A stretch of 64,000 nt of DNA, from NCBI GenBank assembly GCA_017654855.1, contig JAFMPO010000001.1, positions 868,001 through 932,000 of the forward strand. Reading direction: 5' to 3'. This document shows, piece by piece, positions 48,979 to 63,100 of the stretch (position 1 is its first letter; each line of letters starts with the position of its first letter). A program made the translations under genes and the position numbers. Source of the stretch: Podospora anserina (lineage: Eukaryota). The notes under the pieces are model-generated. The model was not told where the DNA came from, made no database searches, and saw nothing but the letters and a program-made list of their open reading frames with translations.

Positions 48979-50529
48979 AGCCCTATCGGCTTTGGCCGAG
49001 GAGGGGGGAATTATGTGAGAATGGGAATCTACCAAGCCATGTTTTCGTTTTGTGTTTGGAGGTACGTGTGTTTCAAGGGACGGGGGGGCGGTTGGGGTTG
49101 AACGTTGGGTGGAAAGGTGAGGGAAAGAAAGGGCCGAATACAAAAGTCAGAGAGGTATTTGGTCTCGGTGAGTAACGGGGGTGAGGTCAGGTCTGTCAAC
49201 ATTGGTGAACCTTCTTGTGGCACACCGGGTGAGTGGAGGCATGCTTTTCTCGTGTCTGTAAAACAAGGGTGGGTAAGGTATGACTTGGACGCTCACTCAG
49301 AAGAGGAAGGAACATGGTGTAATAGCTTCATGGTCAATGCCTTGTCGGTTGACCAAAGTCATCAAAGTTGGTCTGACAGAGACCCTGACCCACGTGTTGG
49401 GTAGCCGAAATAAGAACCCTTCCATTTGTCCTTCTGGGCAGAGTAGCAGTAGGTGGTGTTGAGATGGGTGATTTGAGCTCGAGCACGGCTAAGCATGATA
49501 TAAAAGTTCACTTTCCGACAAGCACGCACTTTATGCTGATATCTTGCCTTCTGTTGTCCACGAGCCTTTTCTACCTCCGCCACAGGGGTTTCAATTTGCG
49601 CACACTTTTCGAACATTGACTTTCGGAAGTCTCTGACAACTCTGATAAGCCATCCATGCTGGTAGGAAGAGGGCTCACGTATAAAGTAAAAGCAAATCTG
49701 ACGGAAAAAACTGCCTGACGCATGTTCGAATACTGTAGAAAGCATTCGTGTTCCCTTTCGAGCGCTTGAGCCCGACTCCTAGTTGTTTACTGGCACTGCC
49801 TATGCCTGTCTTTTGTTGGTAGAAGATGTCAATGGCTCTCTGCAACACCATTATCTTCCAAAAAGAATTACAAGGCAGGCTTTGTGGTATGATCAGGTAC
49901 CTACCTAGGCTGCCCGTTGGTTGTGTGGTTGACCGTGGACTTCCATTGGTCAACTGTTGTGAAAGACAAATATGAGAAAACAGAAAGACTTAGTACCGTG
50001 GAACAACGACACTTGGGATATATGGGAGTTAACTCCTGGAATCTCCGTATGACTTGGCTTGAGATATGGCTGACTGTGATACCAACACGAGACCTCCTTC
50101 TCGGCTGATTCAGGTGTCGTTCTACACTGAGTCTGGGATGGATCTTGTAATGAGCCGTCTGCTCTCACACCTCAACTTAAGCTTGGAGAGGAATCCCCAG
50201 TAGGGGGTTTTAATTCGGTTATAAATAAAAGCTCCCTGTTGAAAGACCGCTGTTTTGATAGTCAAGCTATCAGTACTCGAAAGAAAGAACCAAAATGGCA
50301 CGGCAGATGCCAGGCACGAAGAACAGAACAAACTCCAGTAGCATCTCAAGCCCTTTGCCCTACTGCTGCCCCGAAATATCAAAAATGCCCTCTAAAGCTG
50401 TGGGTAACCATACCAAGTAACCATCGCTGAGGCTAAAGTCCAGCCGCCGTTCCATTTCCAGCCTCGGTCCCAACTCCGAACTCCTCTGTTACCCTCCTCC
50501 TTGCTATCCCCAGCCGGCGGAGTCAACTC

Positions 50530-51723
50530 CTACTTGCTTCCAGCAACCACACCCATCGCCGCAACCAGCGCGTCCATCGCGCTGCTGTGTGTTTTCGCCG
50601 TCGGGCCAATCCCCGCTTCCGGCTTGCCCACCCAAGATAGCCCTAATCGATTTGTCTTTGGGTCCCGGCCCTTGGCCCAGATCGAATCCGCGTTCTTCTT
50701 GATTGTCATCGCGAATTTCTCATTGGGAACAGCCTTGTATAGGTAGTGCAGGTTCCGAATAAAGATACCCTTGAACTGCGGCCCATCCTCACCACAGTCC
50801 GCTCGCTTGTCGCAGTGGTCGGCTTCATGAAGGATGCCGTCTTCATCTTGTAGACTGGCGATGGCCGCTTCGGCAATGTCGACCGCTGGCGAGAGATACG
50901 AGTCGTTGCCCGCGGCTTTGCTGAGCTCGACCAGACCACCCAGGATGACCCCCTGATTGTAGGACCAGGTAGTCTCGTTGTTGTTGAAGCAGGTGGTGCT
51001 GTTGAGGCCGTCGTTGATCAGGTTGTCCTTGTTGATCAACCCACTCTTCTTAAACCATTCCCACTGTTCTCTTGCGATCTGAAGGTAATGGTCTTTGGAA
51101 CCCTGCACCCGGTTGGCGAGACTGGCAGCCACGGTAAGGTAGAGTTCGTTGGCGATAGCGGCCTTGTACCTCATCGTCTTGTTCCACAAGATACCGCCGC
51201 CACAGACGGTGTCGGCGCCGGTTCTCATATCATCAAAAATGCTTTCCGCCATACTGAGGTATTCGATCTTCTTGGTTAGGTCGTACGATCTGATCCAAGC
51301 CAATGCCCACCACCCCTCGTCATCGTAAAATGTGTTGATAAACTTAGGGTAACCGCTCTCCGTCGTCCGCGTGTGCTTTCTTGATGAGGCCATCCGTTCG
51401 TCTGCTCTGTGTCGTTTTCCGATTTGCACGTTCTCCTTCTGAGCATTCACAAACGTAGTGGCAGCAATATCGGTAACATTGACATGCTGATTTGGACCCT
51501 CAAGCAGAGCCCAGTCTGTCAAAACTGTAAGAATGTTTGCGTTCTGCCACCAACCCCCTGTGCTCCACCCCCCCGTTTGCGGTTTAAACCAGACTTGAAG
51601 AACCTTGGCTGCGAGTTCAGCATTTTCGGCGTAGGGCGCGTCAGTTGCAGCGTGGCCGAGCCGGTGAATAGACATATAGAAGAGAGCTCGAGCAGCCAAT
51701 CCGCCCCATGTGGTGGAAACCAT
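50530..51723 (-). CDS. Glycoside hydrolase family 76 (alpha-1,6-mannanase-like), secreted
   Basis: N-terminal signal-like segment. Motifs GWWQNANILT, FYDDEGWWALAWIRSYD (catalytic DD), CGGGILW, YKAAIANEL, TWSYNQGVILGGL and DGPQFKGIFIRNL. Confidence 0.95.
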   Translation of the reverse strand: MVSTTWGGLAARALFYMSIHRLGHAATDAPYAENAELAAKVLQVWFKPQTGGWSTGGWWQNANILTVLTDWALLEGPNQHVNVTDIAATTFVNAQKENVQIGKRHRADERMASSRKHTRTTESGYPKFINTFYDDEGWWALAWIRSYDLTKKIEYLSMAESIFDDMRTGADTVCGGGILWNKTMRYKAAIANELYLTVAASLANRVQGSKDHYLQIAREQWEWFKKSGLINKDNLINDGLNSTTCFNNNETTWSYNQGVILGGLVELSKAAGNDSYLSPAVDIAEAAIASLQDEDGILHEADHCDKRADCGEDGPQFKGIFIRNLHYLYKAVPNEKFAMTIKKNADSIWAKGRDPKTNRLGLSWVGKPEAGIGPTAKTHSSAMDALVAAMGVVAGSK

Positions 51724-54700
51724 GTTGATAGCTGTTAAACAAGTAAATCCAGTAATGGTGATCTAGTTTCTGAGTCGTTTGTCAAGGGGAGGGTATGCAA
51801 GAAAATATATACTCGCCACGGTAGCCAAAGTTGTGAAATGATGTACCAGAAGCTCGAAGTTTGATCGAAGACGGAAGATCCTGTGATCGCGAGGGTTGCA
51901 TCTCCCCGTTTGGGAATCCTGGGCCATGCTACCTGCCAACATGTTGTCCAACTTCAGCACTCATCTTCGGGCGTTCTTGATCATCCGAAACAGGAAGATG
52001 CAGTGGAAAGCATAAGTATGTGGTTTGTTCCAACAGGCTAGCGCGTCCCTGTGCGGCATCTGGCGGCAAGGCCATACCATGTAGAAGCGGCAGTGACAGA
52101 TGAACAATGACTGGACCGTTTCCAGGCACGGTTGCGCATGAGGAATGCACGTGAGTGCGAAGATATGCGAAGCGGATGTGTCAAGCGCTCGCTTCTCCAG
52201 AGCGCCGGCGGCCGTCACCCATGCGGCCGCGGTATGCAAAGTAGTGATAGGAAGACGACCGAGTGGGTTCAGGTGTACGAGCTGTTGTGGTTCTAGAGAA
52301 CATTAGCAAACATATGATGAAGCATCACCAACAAGCGGGCACAACTGATCCAAGATGATCTAGCAGACAGATACCCGTGCCGGCTTGTCGTCAGAAGATG
52401 CATGTCAGCGGCGCTGTTGTTGAACACACATCACTCATTCGGCAGCTGGTCTCCTTGCCGCATCCTATCAGCAGCACGAGGCTTGGTTGTGCAATGGCGG
52501 TACAAAACAGCCACTCCACGTGAGCCTCAAACCCAAGATGTCTTGGTACTCTTCTTCGGACGTGACAAAACATGTGTAGATCCGGGGAGCGGTATCCTTG
52601 ATGAATCAAATATCGAGATAGCCTTGCGGTTCTTAAAACCTATTGGCAGATTCTATTCGGCCTTGCCACCAGAGACGCCGGGCTGTACGACCAGACAGAG
52701 AGTACGGCATACCGCGCGGGCACGAAAGACATTGGCGGAGCTCCGAACATGATGAAAACCGGAGTTGTGTCTTCGTCGATGAAGAGATTGTCGTCTTTGT
52801 CGTCATCATTACTTACCTGATCTGACAGCGTTCAGGGCAACTGGCTAGTAGGTACAACTGGGGGTTGGAAGTTCGAGATTCTTGAAGGTTGGTGGACAAA
52901 CATGTCGTGCCGCCACAGCAGGAGTGATGAAGTCATCTTGCCAGTTCTGAAAGGATTGTGTTCAAAGGAATGAAGTCGCCGGACGTCAGGTCTTCCCTGT
53001 TCTCCATGACGGCAGCGCGGGTCTTGCCGGTTTAATGTGGGGTATTTTGCGGGGAACCCCTGGTAGGGCTGAGCGACTGCCGAACAATGGATTCTTAGCT
53101 TGTCGAATGCCCCAAGTTTTATCGATCCGTAGAAGAAGTCAATGACATCAAAAAAGCTAGCACCGAATAAAAAGTGCAAAGATAAATATCTGTTTCCTTG
53201 TCTGATATCATTCTCCAAAAGCTCGATAGCTCTTGCGGAAAGCCGAGCTACCCCGCGCCTGCTTACCCCGCAGTATCCCCAATTCCCCAAAGGCACAGTG
53301 AGTAGAAGGCTTCCCACAGAAATGAAATCAACCTCTTTCCTTTTGCTTACAGAGATTATCTAGATATTCTTGAACACTTATGGCTGACCTCCCCGATTGT
53401 ATCTCCAAGACCTGATTATGCCAATGGAGTGCAGGCAGCACGAATCAAAACGAGGCATCGGTCCTGCGATAGAGAATCTGATTTCTGGACACACTAGCCC
53501 ACTCAGCACATGATGCCAAACAGGCGTTTGTCATGGGCGTGAGCACCTCTGTGGACTTTGGGTCCCTCATTCATTTTTGGGCAGCCTCCGTTGGTTCATC
53601 CGATATTTCTCGCAATATGCGGTGAGCGTATCACATCACCAAGTGCATGGTGATATGTTGACAGATAAGCAGGGCCGACGACATCTCTTCACAGCCGCAT
53701 GACCAGCAGTGACCCCGCGAGCCGCAGCGGACCATGTGCGATATCCCGCCGCTTTATGTATATGTATATTCTCAGCCATACATGAGCTATCTGCATCCCA
53801 GACAGGGCAATGGCGCCTTGACAGAGCAGCTCGCTAATGCAACATGTGCCTTGGTGGGTCATGGATGTCAAAGCTGCCCTGGTCGTCACATTATTGAAGT
53901 TCGACGAGGATATTGCCAGAAGCAGTAACCCATCAAGTCTTGGTGCGGATATGCCCGAGATACCCCCACGAACTCGAACTTGGACAGCATAATAATAACC
54001 GTCTGTATTTGCTCGAGTTTAAGGTCACCGGCGTCGGCCACCCACCCCTGTTGGTCTTGGCGTGACCCGGCCACGCAGGCTTCCTGACCACAAGCATGAA
54101 GGACCGAGATTTCAGGCGCAGGTCTTCCTGGTCACTAGGCAGTCATCACACCATCAGAGTGCCGTCGACATTCATCAAACGCACGAAAGGTCTAATCACA
54201 TGGGTCGGTGAAGCGAAGGGACACTTGGCTCTGCGGAACTTCCTCCGGTGTCTCTTGCCAATCGATGGGCACCATCCGGAGGACCAATCGGCCCGGGCAC
54301 GGCGCGGCAGGTCCGGGAGGATCGGGGTTAGCTCCTGCACTTGATCTGCATTTTTGATGGTGGTGCCGGCGCCGTTGTGTTGTTATACATGGACGCTAAC
54401 AGCTTGGCTTGCCACATGCCGCCCTGCTAGTGTAGTTTCAGATGGTCTCCAGCTCAGACTAAAAGCCGCCGAAGGCTAGCGTTGCGGGAGATCGATGTCT
54501 GGATGGTCGCTTGGATGGATTCAACGGCCCGCACACAGTTATCGAGAACAACTGCCGAAGTTGAAGACTCCATGATTGAATACAGAACCGAGGGGCTTGT
54601 GGTTTGACAGGGCCGGTCAAAATACCTTCCGGCTGAATAGTTTACCATGAGCTCATATGCCATGATATCACGTCCTTGTGAACAAACTTCTTATGCTTTT

Positions 54701-57070
54701 TCACCCGACTGAAGCGGTGAGAAGACCTCTTGGACGCAAGCCACTTCTTGTCATTGGACACACATCGATCGTTCTTTTTCGCCGACCTTCCCTCGGTTAC
54801 CTGTGGGTTGATTGGAGCGTAGAACTTGACAGCCTTCCGAGCTCTCTGGACCCAGGAACAAGCAAAGCTACGCATGCATCTTAACCATGTATCCTGGTGC
54901 CAAAGCCCCGTTCATCCCAAGTTGCTTGATTCGGATGGCGGGAAAGGTTAGGGGGCGCGCGCACTCCTCCCCAGCACCAGAAGAGAACGACCAACCGATA
55001 TTCGGATCATTCGTACACCTCCCTCCTTCCTGACCCGGCCCTCGTTTAGTAGCTCTTCTCACAACCGACCAAGGAAAAAAAAAATCCATCACACTTTTCA
55101 GGCCTCCTGTGGAACAAAGGCCGAGCGGACCATAATCTTGAGAATCCTTGAGCCTTGTTTGATGCCCGTAAATCACCTCTCACGCACCTACCATCAACGT
55201 TCCCACATCCCGTACCTCCGCGAGGTGACACGACGCCTTTAGGAAGCTGGTTCGCTCGGATAAACGGTCGTGTACTTGAATAACTCAGAAGAAGCTGGGC
55301 TCGAGCGCTCCCTCACCCGTTCGAACACAAGCACCGTCGAGCGTCGCACAGTTACACAAAACACTAAAGAGCTTAATAACAAGCCGACAGCAAGCGCTCT
55401 CTTTCCGCCGGGACTTTGAAAGCTCGGCACATATTTGTATAAAGTTTTGTGTTCCTTGTGTCGTGAGAGTCTGGCTATTTGTGCCGAGAAAGCCGCAAAC
55501 CCCAAGGAGGCTCCCCCAGCCGGAGGGCAGGCGGGGGAAGTATGGAAAGAGTTCCCGCCGTGTTTTATTTGGCATTCTCCCCTTTCCACCCGCATCTCAC
55601 ATCCGTCTGGGAACCGGACCGGCACTGCAAAAGAAGAAAACAGACTCAGCATGATGGATAACAGATGGCCCCTGCCAACCCCGATTTTCGGAGTCTTTCC
55701 TAGCACATGCTTTGTTGCACACAGCACCCGACCTTTTTGAACACCTGCCTGTGTTGTCTTCATCATCCATGTGACTCGATGGGAGCCTTTAAAGACCACG
55801 CATCTACCATCACCAGACAGGGCATGGTCCACAAACCTACAAATCACAGTCACACACCTTATGCCGTAAACGGGAAGAAGGGGAGGGGGGAAAGGGGGAA
55901 ATAGGGCAACTCTACCCGTCCGTAACCACAAAAAGATTTGAGGGGAAAAAATCCCGCCCTTTTTTTTGTTTTTTTTTTGTTTTTTTTTTGTTTCTTTTTT
56001 GTAAAACGATACACGCACCAGCGGGCCGAGGATACTTCGCTTGTATTAGTTATCATTGCCGGTTTTGCTGGTGGTGGCACATGACCTACAAGACACAACT
56101 TTGTTTTTATTTTTTGCACAAGGTAAGGTGTTTTTGTTCTCCGTATCTCGGGTAGTGTGTATGTATTTTGCGTGACCTGTCACTTGGGTTTTACTTTCTT
56201 GCGTTGTTCAAGATTGTCTCGGAAATTCTCCGTCCAGCTCGAGACTTCTTTTGTTGTCTGAGATCGAGCCGAGCTGAGTTTGTGCGACCTGTCAATCAGT
56301 GTCCCATATGCCAAAACCCCTCATCCAGAGGCGGTCAAGAAGCAAGAGACAGAGTGGAGGTCTTGATCACGATGGCAAGTTTAAGAACAGGTGAGGGGAC
56401 AATGATATCATCTCAAAGACAGGATTCGGCCCTCAGATGGAGATGAACCGTTTGTATACATGCGTAACTTTTTGGATTTCTTTTCTCATGGAAAGATGCC
56501 GACCCAAAGACACAAAGAAAGAAAACGGCGCGCTGCCGAACGTGGAATTTCTGAAATACGTGACAAACAAAAGACCATGAACCCATGGGTTTGAGTAAAA
56601 AAGAAAACCTTTTCGTCCGTTATATCCTCATGTATTCCCCCCGAAAGAAGCATTTTCCCCTTCCCATACTGTGTAGTATAACTCCCATCTCCCTAATTCT
56701 TTCTTTTCCGTACCAATATTTCCCCACCCAAACCCTTCTAAATAATTCCCAGTCTAAATTTTGTGAAAAACGCCTTTCAAAAAAGGGAAAAAAAGATAAA
56801 AAAAAACTATCCATGAAAGCTTTCCCCTCCCCCCGTTTGATATCCCCTCCGTTTGTACCTGTCCCGTCTCTTTCTTGTTTTGGGGCGGTGTCCCCCCTCC
56901 CCGCCCTTCTCTCCCTTGCCTGACCGGAAGAAACTCCTTAAAAAGTAAATAGCACAGAGAAAAAAGCCGAGTGAAATACCTAAGCGAGCGAACGTGGTCC
57001 TGCCGTTCCCTGCAGGGTATTACATCATAAGAATAGGAGAGAAAAATGTAGCTGGTCAGAAGAGAAGAGA

Positions 57071-57120
57071 AGAAAAGAAAAGAAAAGAAAAGAAAAGAAA
57101 AGAAAAGAAAAGAAAAGAAA
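57071..57120. repeat. (AGAAA)10 pentanucleotide repeat
   Basis: Directly visible in the sequence. Confidence 0.97.
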
Positions 57121-60100
57121 AGGCTGAAGCAAGATGCCAAATTGGTTGATATGGCCGAAGTCGAGAGGCAGAATGGTCTTGGTGAGTAGTAGTTTGTGTG
57201 GTACGGCATGTGGTGTGAGGAAGGTCGTGGTTCGGTGTTCGAAGGAGGTAGGAAGGGTTGTTGGTGACAGGGCTACCAGGGTTATCGCTGCGGGCCAAAT
57301 AACCCTGGTGAATCCGTGACAACGGATGGGACCCACACTCAGCCCGCTCTTGCGACAAGACCCCCAGAAAAAGTCAACCCGGGACCCTGCAGGACATCGC
57401 GGGTTCCCACTGTTGCACGATCGAACGGTCGTCGGTTGTAACGGTCATGTCCAGGCCGCGACAAGGTACCAGATGTCTCGAGACGGAAAAATGACGGCGG
57501 TTTCGCAAATGTACGATCTTGTCGAGGGCTTTCGGAGGACAACTCCCATTCTGGAGGGAGACACATCCTTCGCGATGCATGTCGGTCCCTGCCAACTACC
57601 GAATTCTTCCGCTTGTCTGTGGCTGGTTTTCGTCTGCTTCCCGGGCTGATTCTAGGGGAAGTCTCTGTCACTGTTCACTCCTCAGTTAGCTCCAAACGGC
57701 TTCTTGAGATTCCGTTGTCGGCAAACGACAAGGGCAATTGGGCCCAACCGAACGAAGCACTGGGTTTTGCCGCAAGCAAAAGGATTGGGCCGACTGCGAC
57801 TCGCTGGAGAGCGCAGTGTCGTCACCCACCCCCCTCCACCTCGGCTTTCATGCTCCCTGGGAAGCACAGAAAGAAAACCCTCGGCCACTTCTGGCCGGCT
57901 TGGTGTTCACCGCCCTGCCTGCCGGTTCTCTCTCAGGCGAGAGGCGGGAAGGCACGTCACTGGACGGTAATAATGGTGCGTCTGAGCGCAGGCCCAAGGG
58001 TAGCACTCTGGTTCTGTTGCTGCAACTCACCTGTACTTGGACGACGTTAAGCCAACCACGACGACCAATCTCCAAACCCCTCCCCTCCTCTCTCCCTCAC
58101 ACACACACACACAAACACACACACACGCGCGCGCACTAATACGCCATACAGATACGCAACCAAGATCCAGGGTGCCGCTCAACCTGGTGCCAGGCACAAG
58201 GGGCCCTTCCTAGGCCCCATCCATGCAGGCACGACACGTGTGGATCTTGCAGTACCGGCATTCATAGATCCACCAGTGGGGTCCTGAGTGGCACAAATGG
58301 CACGTCCATTCGATCAGAGTGTTATCCGCCTTGATCATCTGGAATATGTGGACGCAGTGTGTAGAGAGCGCCATCTTGCCGGTGTCTGTTTTTCTGTTCT
58401 CAACTTTGATGTAGACGTCGCTTGCGGGCCGAGGTCAAAAAAGGGGGGTTGGCCGAGATTGCGAGAGCTCCTGCGCGTGGTGCTGGATTAGGAAAAAAGC
58501 TAAGATCTGGCGCGTGTTAGTGTCAAACCTCGGGCGACGCCGCTGAGAGGATCCCCAGCGGATTGCGTCAAGGCAACCACAACTCACCAATAGCGAGCAA
58601 AGAGCAGGGGATACTGCTGGTTGTGTTGTTGGACAATTTCCCTGTGGGCGATGGCTCTTGGTGGATGCTGTCACTGGTGTCGTGAATGAGTCTTGAAGTC
58701 GAGGAGCGATGGCTTGGAGGCTAAGACTTATTATATAGAAGTGAGATCAAAGTAATGTAATTCGAGACACAAGGCGTAATGGTGACAAAAGGTACAGGTC
58801 AAGTGGTGGTCGAGTGCTGTTTGCTTGTCAAACGGACGCAATGTGTGGCAGGATTATGAGCTGTAGAGCATGTACTGTGTGGTCGAGGTGCGGATGTAAA
58901 CGGGGGAGCCGGCCTTTTGTGTTGTTGCGCAGAGGACCAAAGTGGAGGCCCAGTGTTGATTGACGACTCTCTCTAGTCGGATACGATTTCCTGGACGGTT
59001 TGGTTCCCTAACGGCGAGCCAAAGGGCAGCTGGGGACGGGTCCAGTCATTCGCAAAGCTCCAACGGCATGAAAAGAGCCTTTCCGGTTGCCGAGCAAGGG
59101 GGAAATCAGCATGGATGGGAGGGGAAGGGGAAGGGGAAGAGGGGAGAGATTCAGGATGAGAGCGAGTGGGCTACGAAAATGTCGTCCCTGTTCGTAAGGA
59201 GACTAAGAGACATACGCTCGACAGATTTTCTCGGTCGACTCTACTACACCCCCTACCCTTACGTGGTCTGTGATCTCTCTACCTACCTACCTAGTCTTGG
59301 GGGGAACCCTAGACTGGTTCGCGGGGGGCTGCTTTGACGTGTAAGTGGACCGCGGCAGCAGGACCTTGCCAACCGAGCCGGACATGATGGATAGTAGATG
59401 GGCAGAAAAAACTGCTGATGGGCAGGCAATGACAGGGAACAGGGTGATACGATGCAAGTATGGCATCTGAGTGTCCGTGGATGGGTGTACAGTACCCAGT
59501 GTGATTGGCACTCGCAACGACGAGGGGTGTGTAGAGTGGGTGGTAGAGCGATCGCACCTAAGGGCGGGTATCAACTCACACACGCCGCTCCTCTGGGTTG
59601 AAGGACCCATGTTACCCAAGAGCGTGACAGGCGGTGCGGAGCCAACCAAGGGTACCAAGCGAATCTCTCTCACACTCAACACTCTCCACCGTTCGACGGC
59701 TTCCTGGCGTCTTGCGGACGCAGAAGCGCCACGGCCAAAAGAAGATGGCAATCGATAACCAGGATGTCCCCTGTCACTGGGTGGGTTTCCTGTTATGGCT
59801 CCCTAGCACGCACGACCGTAGGAGGACGCATCTCTTTCTGGCGAGCTCTGACCTAGAGGGGTATATCAGACTCATCTATCGAAGGGTTTAGCCGTAAACC
59901 TTGGTTCTTCCTGTTTCCTGCCTGCGGTTTCCCAATAAAATGGAAAAACAACTCGAGATCCAGAGAGATGATGTTTTTGGGAGAGACCTGTCAACGGGCA
60001 GCCATCGTGCCTCACTAGGCTGCTTGGTGCTTCGTTGCATGCGAGGCATCGAGAAGTAGACCTGAAGCCTTTGAGGGACTCGATCTTACCGATTTCATGC

Positions 60101-63100
60101 TATCGCGTGGGACAAATGAAAGAGAGCGCCAAACGCTGTCCTGCGGGTACCTTGCATGTGTGTCGGGGAAGACAGGCTCCAAACCGAAGGAGTACGAGTC
60201 TGAGGCGGAGACGATTATACGATACAGGAGCTTGATGACGACGGGTAATAGTATGTGGTTTCTGCCCTCCTTCATCAGCATGCGCGGTGCTACATGTGGC
60301 CCGGGCATGAACGAGAAGGATGCCGGTTGATGCTCAAGAACAACGAGACAAGGCACCGAAATGATGTCGATCTCGAGCTTTTCACCGCGTATCGAAGTTT
60401 GACAGGGCCTGATGAGGCTCGTTTGGGAACCTGGAGCGAACTCCACGTTGTGACGTCTCTCCTCTTACCTACGACTTTCAACATCACAGCAGCCGTCAAA
60501 GTATTGGTTTCACAACACATGAATGCTCACCGCTTGCCGCCATCCTGACATCGCATCACCCCGCGGATGTTGTGTCAGCGGCCCCCGCAGAGTCTCCCGG
60601 TTGGTTATCTTGGCCCTTTCGCCCTTTAGAGAACGGGGGGTTCCTCGCGCCGCAGCCTCAACATCCGATACATCAGCGACATTCAATCGAACGGGGAAGT
60701 CGGAATCCGATCCTGAAATTTGATATCCTACCGGACGTATGCGGCCTCACGAAATCGGGATGCAAGCTGCCTTGGCTACCCACAGTTCGACGGACTGATG
60801 CCGTCCGCTAGATCAGACGAACTGTCCAAGCCTCTATGCTAGGGGCGATCTCGGTATGCAGCGCTGATTTTCGTGAATGCTTCACCAGTCCCGACTTGGT
60901 GGAGTGTCAGACCATCATTTCATGCTGAACGTTGATGGAAGCCTGTCAGCGAGCTTCCACAGCCCTGTGACTTGGTGATGCGCAGCCTGAAGCCGGCCCA
61001 CCGGACGGTCAGGGTCAGGGTCAGGGCCCCCCGGGGAGGAATTTTCTGGTGGCCTTCTAGCGCTGTGAGCGACGGAGTAGTGCCGAGCTAGCTAGCCTCC
61101 AACCTGGAAGGCTCAGCGGGGTTTGTGGTTGCTTCACATGGCACCGTGCAGCAAGATCCTAGAGCACTCACTAGATTCGCCGTGGAACTACCCTCATCTC
61201 CGAGACAACAGACAACAGACAACAACACACATGGCAGGGCGTGATGGCTTCATCGAAGCGCGCCGGCGACATGGTGTCTGTCGAGAACCTGGTCTCCCGT
61301 TGGCCTTGCGTTTCCCTCATGCAAGAAAGATCATCCCGCGCGCTGCAGCCCAAAAGGCGGCCCTCCTCTGACCAATTGGCACCAGTCTTGCCGCTCTGCT
61401 GACTTCAGACACATGCGACCAGTTCCAGGGACCCTCATGCAGCAGCTTGGTCTATGCGCCCGTCGGTCAACCTCACGATATCAAACTCCACGGCCAGGAT
61501 GCGCCAAGTAGGAACTCTGCTGTGTCTTTGATGGTAAACTGACAACGGAGTACCGGACAAGGACGGTGAGAGAGTATCGGCCGCTGATGCTCAATTTCTT
61601 CGCTCTTTCGTTCGTCTGCGGTTCCCCTTCCAGGCCGCCAATAATACAAAGCAGTATGAGGAAGCATATCTGAGCCGCAGAAATCTGTCGACGGTCGGTT
61701 TGCTCAACACACAAACTGGTTTCATGCGAGTGGGCACTCTGGCGATCTGCATCCAGCGGGTATCACTCGATCTCAAGCTACAATCAGCCTCCGCAGACCG
61801 GCAACATCAGACGCCTCAGAAGCTCTCGGTGAACCATAAACCTTTGAAGAAACCAAAAGCCGATCGACCCCGAACCTCAGCTAGCTACCGTGTGGTATCA
61901 TGTGGTATCATGTAATACATTCGCAGCATGGTTCGGAGAAGCAGACCGGTCAAATAACAGCAGAATAGATGGACAAAACACATGTTTGCGGGGCGTCATG
62001 GCATCGCAACCGCATCGTGTTGCCGGCAACCGGATGCGCACTGACGTTTGTCCAAACCCACCACTTCATCAGGGGACACTTTGGAGACGCTCGAATCGTT
62101 TCTGAATATCGTCATTCCCATCAAGCCATTGTCAGGTAATCTCCAGCTGGAGGAGGGACTGCTGAAAGCGATACCAGTTAATCTACGCGACCCTACCATC
62201 TACCTAGGTATGGGATAGACTCGACGGTTCAAGGTTGCGTTCGCTTCCGAGTAGCCAAGAGGTTGCAGAATCTTAACGTCTTTCTGCAGCTCTAACCAGA
62301 CCGGGCCCAGATGGTAGCCAGCATTTGCCGAGAGGTCTTTCCCGCCATACTCCGTACAGTTCTCTCTTCTTCCCACTCCCCAGAGACTGGATGAATGACG
62401 GAAGTGGGATTGCGCGCATAAGTTGTGACAAAACCCGAGCAGATCATGTTCAAGACCCCCTCGCCGTTCCTGCCCCTCCTCTCCACACCCTCGTCAGCTG
62501 GCTTCCTACACAAGATTTTTGGACATCCACTTGTCCGATCAGATCCGGTTAATCATGGACCATGTCACGCTTCACTTGGAAAATATGTTGCACGGGAATG
62601 ACAAATCGCATGGATGGCACCGGGCAGAGCTGTTCTTATTCCGCTGATTCCAGCCTCGACTCGACCAAAGTACTTTGACGCACAAGCTGTGATGTCGATT
62701 GCAGGACACCCGAAGTGAAACCGGTGGGCCTGGTTCTTTGCTACCACGCTATTCGAGCGGGCAGGCAGCTCGATGAGCCGACATACCGGTCGGTCGTCAG
62801 ATGTAACCTTCACCACTCGCCGGGCGATGCGGCGTGGGTTGCCGTGAAAAGACTGAGCCGCTGTCAGCTAGGTAATCTCAGCTCGTGCTCATCAAATCCC
62901 GGAATCACAGAGCAACCGTACATGATATGTGCGACGACGTCTGGATAGCCAAAAAAAAACCAAAAAAACCAAAAAAAACCGTGTGTACACCGCACTCTCT
63001 GTGATCTTCCAACACAACTCGCTTGGCCTCGGACCTGACCTCCGTGCGCCGAATATTCCACAAAGGGAAGAAAGACATGGAAAAAGCTTTTCGCCATCTC

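Noticed and set aside
49675-49953. LQRAIDIFYQQKTGIGSASKQLGV resembling a pogo/Fot1 HTH
   Set aside because: Short and weak resemblance, with no DDE domain, TIRs or RIP-like AT skew nearby.
55239-56018. 259-aa minus-strand ORF
   Set aside because: Non-ATG start, translated through poly-A tracts, and not protein-like.
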